Source: Reyranella sp. (lineage in GTDB: Bacteria > Pseudomonadota > Alphaproteobacteria > Reyranellales > Reyranellaceae). Taken from it: a stretch of DNA of 42,995 nt. Both the position numbers and the translations under genes were made by a program. The notes beneath the pieces were generated by a model that was not told where the DNA came from, did no database searches, and worked only from the letters and a program-made list of their open reading frames with translations. Where the stretch lies: positions 1 through 42,995 of the forward strand of contig JAUXRT010000164.1 in NCBI GenBank assembly GCA_030681635.1, read 5' to 3'. Below, piece by piece: positions 38,496-42,995 of this stretch. The first letter of the stretch is position 1, and every line of letters starts with the position of its first letter.

Positions 38496-40526
38496 TCAGT
38501 AGTGCCCAGCCAACTCGGGCGTGATTTCGACCGCGCGGGGTGAGTAGAGATATGCGCCCTTCTTGTTGCCCCACCAGACGATCTCGCGGCACCACTTCTG
38601 AAAATCGTCGTAGGGCTTGCTGGTGCGGTCGACTTCGACCACCAGAGGCGTCTTGCGCAGCAAGGCCGGTTCGCCGCCCCTGACCTTGTTCCAGTAGTCC
38701 AGCAGATCGTAGTTGAGCTTCACCTTCACATCGGCCCGTGCGAAGGGCTGATGTACCAGGGCATGGTTGAGGCGAATGGCTTCCTCGACGACCTCGATCG
38801 GCAGGCCGGAACTCCTCGCTCGAACGGTATCGGTCAAAAGCTCACCCGCCTCCTGGTAAAAGGCATCGAACTTTCCTTCGGCTGTCAGCTTGACGAAGAT
38901 ATACTCGTCCGCCGGCCAGAAGATGTTGAGATACTCCTTCGAGAAGACGTACTCCGACCCGCCCTTCTGGATCGACCGGGCCTCGCCCTCGAAGAAGGCA
39001 TTGATCTCCGCGATCATCGGGAAGCGCTTGGGATTGGCGGCCATGAAGGCTTCGATCATGTCCCGGTAGGAGATGCCGGAAATACCGTGCGCGAGGATGA
39101 GCGGGATCTGAAACAGCTTGTCTATGTGAAGCAGCGCGGTCATCCAGCAGAAGATGCGGGTGCGCCGCCAATCGTCGAGCGGCGTCGCCGCCGTCGCGAT
39201 GACAAGGTCCTGGACTTCCGGCACATCGTCGTCGAGTTCGACGCGCTCGCCATGGATGTTGATGATCTTGGATTCGACCGTGATCATACCGTACTTCGCC
39301 TGATAGGCGGGATCGCCCATCTCGGCGTTGGGCAGGATCGACAGGTTATTGAACTGGATGCGGTTGTGCTGACCGTTTTCCATCAGCTGGTCGACGCCCT
39401 TGACGAACGATTCGTAGGTCTCGCCGGGCAGGCCCAGGATCAGGTCCGAATAGGTTTCGACCTTGTCGCGCGTGAACCGCCGCTGCAGTTCCATGTAGGT
39501 GCCGAGCGAAATGTTGTCGCGCTTGATCGCCTCCAGAGTCGGCATGTCGACGCTCTGCATGGAGAGCGCCACACCCTTGTTGAGACCGGCATCCGAGAGG
39601 ATCTTCTGCGTCTCGTAGGCGCGCTCGGTGGCGTTCTTGGTGTTCTGCACCGAGAGCGCCACCGGATAGCCGGTCTGCTTCTTGATGTCGGCAACGTAGT
39701 TGGCGATGTCGACGTCGCGCTTCTGGATGCCGAAATTGGCGTCACAGCAAAAGATGTACTCGATCTTCTTTTCGGCGAACCAGTCGACCTCGCGGAAGAG
39801 CCGCTCTTCACCGAACTTCGTCACCTTGGCGGCCGTCGCCGAACCCCAATCGCAGAAGGTGCAGCGAAACGGGCACCCGCGATTGGTCTCCCAGAGGCCG
39901 ATCCAGCTTTCCTCCTGATTGGCCGCCATGATCTCGTCGAACACACCTTCAAGGAAAGGTGACGGGATTTCGTCGAGATCGCGCACGCGATCGATATTCT
40001 TGGTCCGGACGAACGTGCCGTCCGGCTTCACCATGCTGATCCCCGGGATCGTCTCCCAGCTTGCGCGATCGTGGAACGTCTCGAGAAGCTTCAGGAACGT
40101 ACGCTCGCCCTCGTTGTGGACGGCCAAATCGATCTGGGGATGGTCTCGCATGAACGCTTCGGGCTGGTCCGGTACATGTGGCCCGCCGAAGATCACGACG
40201 ATGCCCGGTTTCAGGGCTTTCAATCGACGCGCAATCTCGAGCGAGATTCTGCCGTTCCAGACGTAGGTGCTGAAGCCAACGATGTCGGCATCCTTGAGCG
40301 CCTCTACCGCATCGGCGATGCGCACGCGCTTGTAAAGAGGGGCCAGGAAGCGATACCGCTGCGGTTCCGACGCAAACTTCTGCACGTAGGTCTGAAGCAA
40401 TGCGACCGAATAGGGCAGATAGTTCTGCCCCGAAAACGAGTTGTTGATCTGGACTAGGCCGACCGTCAGCGCCCCTTTGGCGGGCGCCGCTTGCGCGATG
40501 GATCCTGCGGCTTGTGGCGTCGACAT
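38496..40526 (-). CDS. Cobalamin (B12)-binding radical SAM protein
   Basis: N-terminal B12-binding-like domain (GFSTYVWN, FGGPH, NEGE); ETNRGCPFRCTFCDW (CxxxCxxC), DANFG, LILGLPGET. Confidence 0.92.
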   Translation of the reverse strand: MSTPQAAGSIAQAAPAKGALTVGLVQINNSFSGQNYLPYSVALLQTYVQKFASEPQRYRFLAPLYKRVRIADAVEALKDADIVGFSTYVWNGRISLEIARRLKALKPGIVVIFGGPHVPDQPEAFMRDHPQIDLAVHNEGERTFLKLLETFHDRASWETIPGISMVKPDGTFVRTKNIDRVRDLDEIPSPFLEGVFDEIMAANQEESWIGLWETNRGCPFRCTFCDWGSATAAKVTKFGEERLFREVDWFAEKKIEYIFCCDANFGIQKRDVDIANYVADIKKQTGYPVALSVQNTKNATERAYETQKILSDAGLNKGVALSMQSVDMPTLEAIKRDNISLGTYMELQRRFTRDKVETYSDLILGLPGETYESFVKGVDQLMENGQHNRIQFNNLSILPNAEMGDPAYQAKYGMITVESKIINIHGERVELDDDVPEVQDLVIATAATPLDDWRRTRIFCWMTALLHIDKLFQIPLILAHGISGISYRDMIEAFMAANPKRFPMIAEINAFFEGEARSIQKGGSEYVFSKEYLNIFWPADEYIFVKLTAEGKFDAFYQEAGELLTDTVRARSSGLPIEVVEEAIRLNHALVHQPFARADVKVKLNYDLLDYWNKVRGGEPALLRKTPLVVEVDRTSKPYDDFQKWCREIVWWGNKKGAYLYSPRAVEITPELAGHY

Positions 40527-40649
40527 TCGCTGCGCCTCGTGGCCCTTCGTCCCCTTGCCGGCTAGGCCTGCTGGACCAATAGTAGTTTAAAACTGAATCA
40601 CTCAGAGAGGTAGAGCGCCACTCTTCGCAATGCAATAGGATTAAGGCTC

Positions 40650-40676
40650 ATAATACCCTGAATTGGCAGGGATTAT
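40650..40676. promoter_or_regulatory. Imperfect inverted repeat in an AT-rich divergent promoter region
   Basis: ATAAT(A)CCCTG-aattgg-CAGGGATTAT, between the radical SAM gene and the SDR gene. Confidence 0.35.
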
Positions 40677-40700
40677 TGAAAGAAGTACTATGGAGACGCG

Positions 40701-41675
40701 ATGAATCTCGCCGGCAAAAAGGTCCTGATTGCGGGCGGGTCGGGGTTCCTGGGGACGAATCTGGCCCTGAGGTTGACCGGTCTAGGTGCCCAACTGCGGC
40801 TTACTGCCCATCTCAGGCCACTCCAGGCGACCTTTCCGGGAGCCGAGATCGTCCAAGCCGATCTGCGCCGACCAGAAGATTGCGCCCGCGCCGTCGAAGG
40901 CATGGATGCCGTTTTCATATGTTCGGCCCACACTTCGGGCGCCGCGGCCATCAGAGCCACCCCCCTCGTCCACATCACACCCAATGTCCTGATCAATACC
41001 CTGTTGCTCGAGGCCGCCTATCAGGCCCGCGTAGGCAAGGTCTGCTTCCTGTCCAGCGGGGCCGCCTACCCGGGCACGGGCGACCGGCCTGTCACCGAGG
41101 CCGAAATGTTCACCGGAGACCCGGAGGAGGTCTACTTTGCCGCAGGCTGGATGAAGCGCTACGCCGAGATCCTGTGCCGGACCTATGCCGAGAAAATCTC
41201 CAGCCCGATGCAGACCGTGGTCGTGCGGCCGTCGAACGTCTACGGCCCCTTCGACAAGTTCGACTTCGCCGTCAGCCATGTTACGGCCGCACTGTTGAGA
41301 CGGGTCGTCGAGAGGCAATCGCCTCTCGAAGTCTGGGGCACCGGCGATGACATCCGAGACTTGATCTATGTTGACGACTTCGTCGATGGCGTGATGGCAG
41401 CGTTCGCCACCGATCTGCCGTTCCTTGCGGTGAATATCTGCGCCGGCCGCGGCTACGCGGTTCGGCAGGTCCTAAAGACACTCCTGGAGGTCGATCGCTT
41501 TGACGATGCCCGGGTCACGTTCGATCGGTCCAAGCCCAGCACTGTGCCGGCACGGCTGATGGACAACAGCCTTGCCCACACACTCCTGGGTTTTGAGGCC
41601 AAGACACCGCTGGACGAAGGTCTCCGGCGCACGCTTGCTTGGTACCGCGCCAACAAGTTGCGCAATGACGCCTAA
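40701..41675 (+). CDS. GDP-L-fucose synthase-like NDP-sugar epimerase/reductase (extended SDR)
   Basis: AGGSGFLG, DLR, SSGAAYP, RPSNVYGPFDKFD..SHV, VWGTG...RDLIYVDD; RBS GGAG. Confidence 0.85.
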   Translation: MNLAGKKVLIAGGSGFLGTNLALRLTGLGAQLRLTAHLRPLQATFPGAEIVQADLRRPEDCARAVEGMDAVFICSAHTSGAAAIRATPLVHITPNVLINTLLLEAAYQARVGKVCFLSSGAAYPGTGDRPVTEAEMFTGDPEEVYFAAGWMKRYAEILCRTYAEKISSPMQTVVVRPSNVYGPFDKFDFAVSHVTAALLRRVVERQSPLEVWGTGDDIRDLIYVDDFVDGVMAAFATDLPFLAVNICAGRGYAVRQVLKTLLEVDRFDDARVTFDRSKPSTVPARLMDNSLAHTLLGFEAKTPLDEGLRRTLAWYRANKLRNDA

Positions 41676-42760
41676 AACGGCCCTCTGAAGCGCTTATATC
41701 CTTCTGTCATGGAGCGCTCGACCGGCAAGTCGATGCCATGATCGTCACCGCGAACCTGAGTCAGGATCGCATCGACGGTTTCATGCTGGCTCGGATAGTA
41801 GATGTCCTCCAGGCTCTTGGCCGTCGGACAGGGAGCCGCCGCCATTCCGAGCATAGTCGGCGGCTTGCGGAGGATGGTCGGGTCCCGCAGCATCAGCTGT
41901 CGGCAGACCTCGGCGGCAACACCATACTCGAGCCAGGACGTATCGGCGATCACGAGCTTGCCGGTCTTGCGGACGCTGTTCGCAACTAGATCCCAGTCGG
42001 GATGGCTGATCGAGTTGAGGTCGATGATCTCGACCTCGATACCTGCCTTGTCCGACACATATTGAGCTGCCCGCATCGCCTCGAGCACCATGACCGACGT
42101 CGCCACCATGGTGGCATCACGGCCCTCGCGCGCAACGTAGCTCGTGAGCGGAACAGGCTTCGCCGAGGCCGACACCGAGAAGTCGAGATTATAGAGCAAA
42201 CGATGCTCGATGCTCACCACCGGCCCGGGGTGGCGGTTGATGATCTGCGGATACATGTCGACGATCGCCTGGCTGGTTGCCGGCATGATGACGGTAAGTC
42301 CCGGATAGTGGGCGAAGGTCGCCTGTGGGCTCTGCGAATGCTGTGCGCCCTGCCCCCAGCTTCGGCCGACGACCACGCGAATCAGCATGGGGCACGACAT
42401 GATGCCGCCGAACATGTAGCGATACTTCGATGCCAGATTGATGATCTGGTTCATCGCCAGAAAGGCGAAGTCGGCCCGGATGTGGGTCGTGATTGGATAG
42501 TCCCCGACCAGCGAGGCGCCGATCGCGATGCCGGTCATGCCCTCTTCCATCAAGGGCACATCGAACACGCGCTGGGCTCCGTATCTGTCGGCAAGCCCGG
42601 TGGTCGACCCGAAGATGCCCTTAAAGTCGTCGACGCCCTGGCCCATGATGAAGGTGTTGGGGTGGGCTGCCAGCGCGTCGTCCATCATCTCAAGCAGGGC
42701 ACCAGCATAGGACAGGACGCGCGTCTCCGTCGGCCGGTGCTTCTTTGCGGTGGCGCTCAT
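41672..42760 (-). CDS. Pyruvate/2-oxoacid dehydrogenase E1 beta-like ThDP enzyme subunit
   Basis: MGQGV, RVFDVPLME, NQIIN.ASK, GQGAQHSQ, EHR.LY. Start ATG 42760 (after GAGG) or 42787. Confidence 0.9.
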   Translation of the reverse strand: MSATAKKHRPTETRVLSYAGALLEMMDDALAAHPNTFIMGQGVDDFKGIFGSTTGLADRYGAQRVFDVPLMEEGMTGIAIGASLVGDYPITTHIRADFAFLAMNQIINLASKYRYMFGGIMSCPMLIRVVVGRSWGQGAQHSQSPQATFAHYPGLTVIMPATSQAIVDMYPQIINRHPGPVVSIEHRLLYNLDFSVSASAKPVPLTSYVAREGRDATMVATSVMVLEAMRAAQYVSDKAGIEVEIIDLNSISHPDWDLVANSVRKTGKLVIADTSWLEYGVAAEVCRQLMLRDPTILRKPPTMLGMAAAPCPTAKSLEDIYYPSQHETVDAILTQVRGDDHGIDLPVERSMTEGYKRFRGPF

Positions 42761-42776
42761 AACTGCGGGCCTCGGA

Positions 42777-42995
42777 TCAAATGACATCGGTCAGCAATTC
42801 GGCGCGGCCCGGGACCGGACTATGCTCAGCGAACTCGACGGCGGCGGCGATCTCCCTCTCGATCTCGGGCGTGAGCTCCTCGACCAGCTTCCTGTCCAGG
42901 ATCAGCGGATCACGTGCCTTCCACTCGTCAATGTCGTCGGCACTGCGATAGCCGAAGTGGAAATCGTCACCGACGCCGACATGCTCCTTGTAGCG
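42777..42995 (-). CDS. Pyruvate/2-oxoacid dehydrogenase E1 alpha-like subunit, C-terminal part (5' end outside the window)
   Basis: Translates RYKEHVGVGDDFHFGYRSADDIDEWKARDP...EIAAAVEFAEHSPVP..LLTDVI*; stop at 42777-42779. Confidence 0.88.
   Translation of the reverse strand, partial: RYKEHVGVGDDFHFGYRSADDIDEWKARDPLILDRKLVEELTPEIEREIAAAVEFAEHSPVPGRAELLTDVI

Overview
The whole 43 kb window is a GC-rich, probably alphaproteobacterial, surface-glycan or unusual-sugar biosynthesis island with about 35 CDS. I saw no RNA genes, CRISPR array, transposase or integrase. It encodes: a Wzm/Wzt ABC exporter; a CDP-3,6-dideoxyhexose module (rfbG, rfbH, an RfbJ/RfbS-like SDR); two separate split thiamine-diphosphate enzymes (transketolase N+C and PDH-E1-like alpha+beta); two tandem DegT aminotransferases; the 'sporadic carbohydrate cluster' pair (2OG-Fe(II) oxygenase plus LIC12192-family protein); a higher-carbon-sugar activation set (GmhA-like SIS isomerase, reversed HldE-like cytidylyltransferase-kinase, nucleotidyltransferase-GmhB fusion, WbuC cupin, APH-like kinase, HAD); six SAM methyltransferases; a B12-dependent radical SAM enzyme next to an aldo-keto reductase; and a lower-GC flippase plus GT2-multipass-membrane fusion. 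Together these suggest, by inference, an uncharacterised pathway to a branched or higher-carbon, aminated, methylated sugar. A likely chimeric junction lies near positions 52-79. All product calls come from motif recognition by eye; no searches were run.
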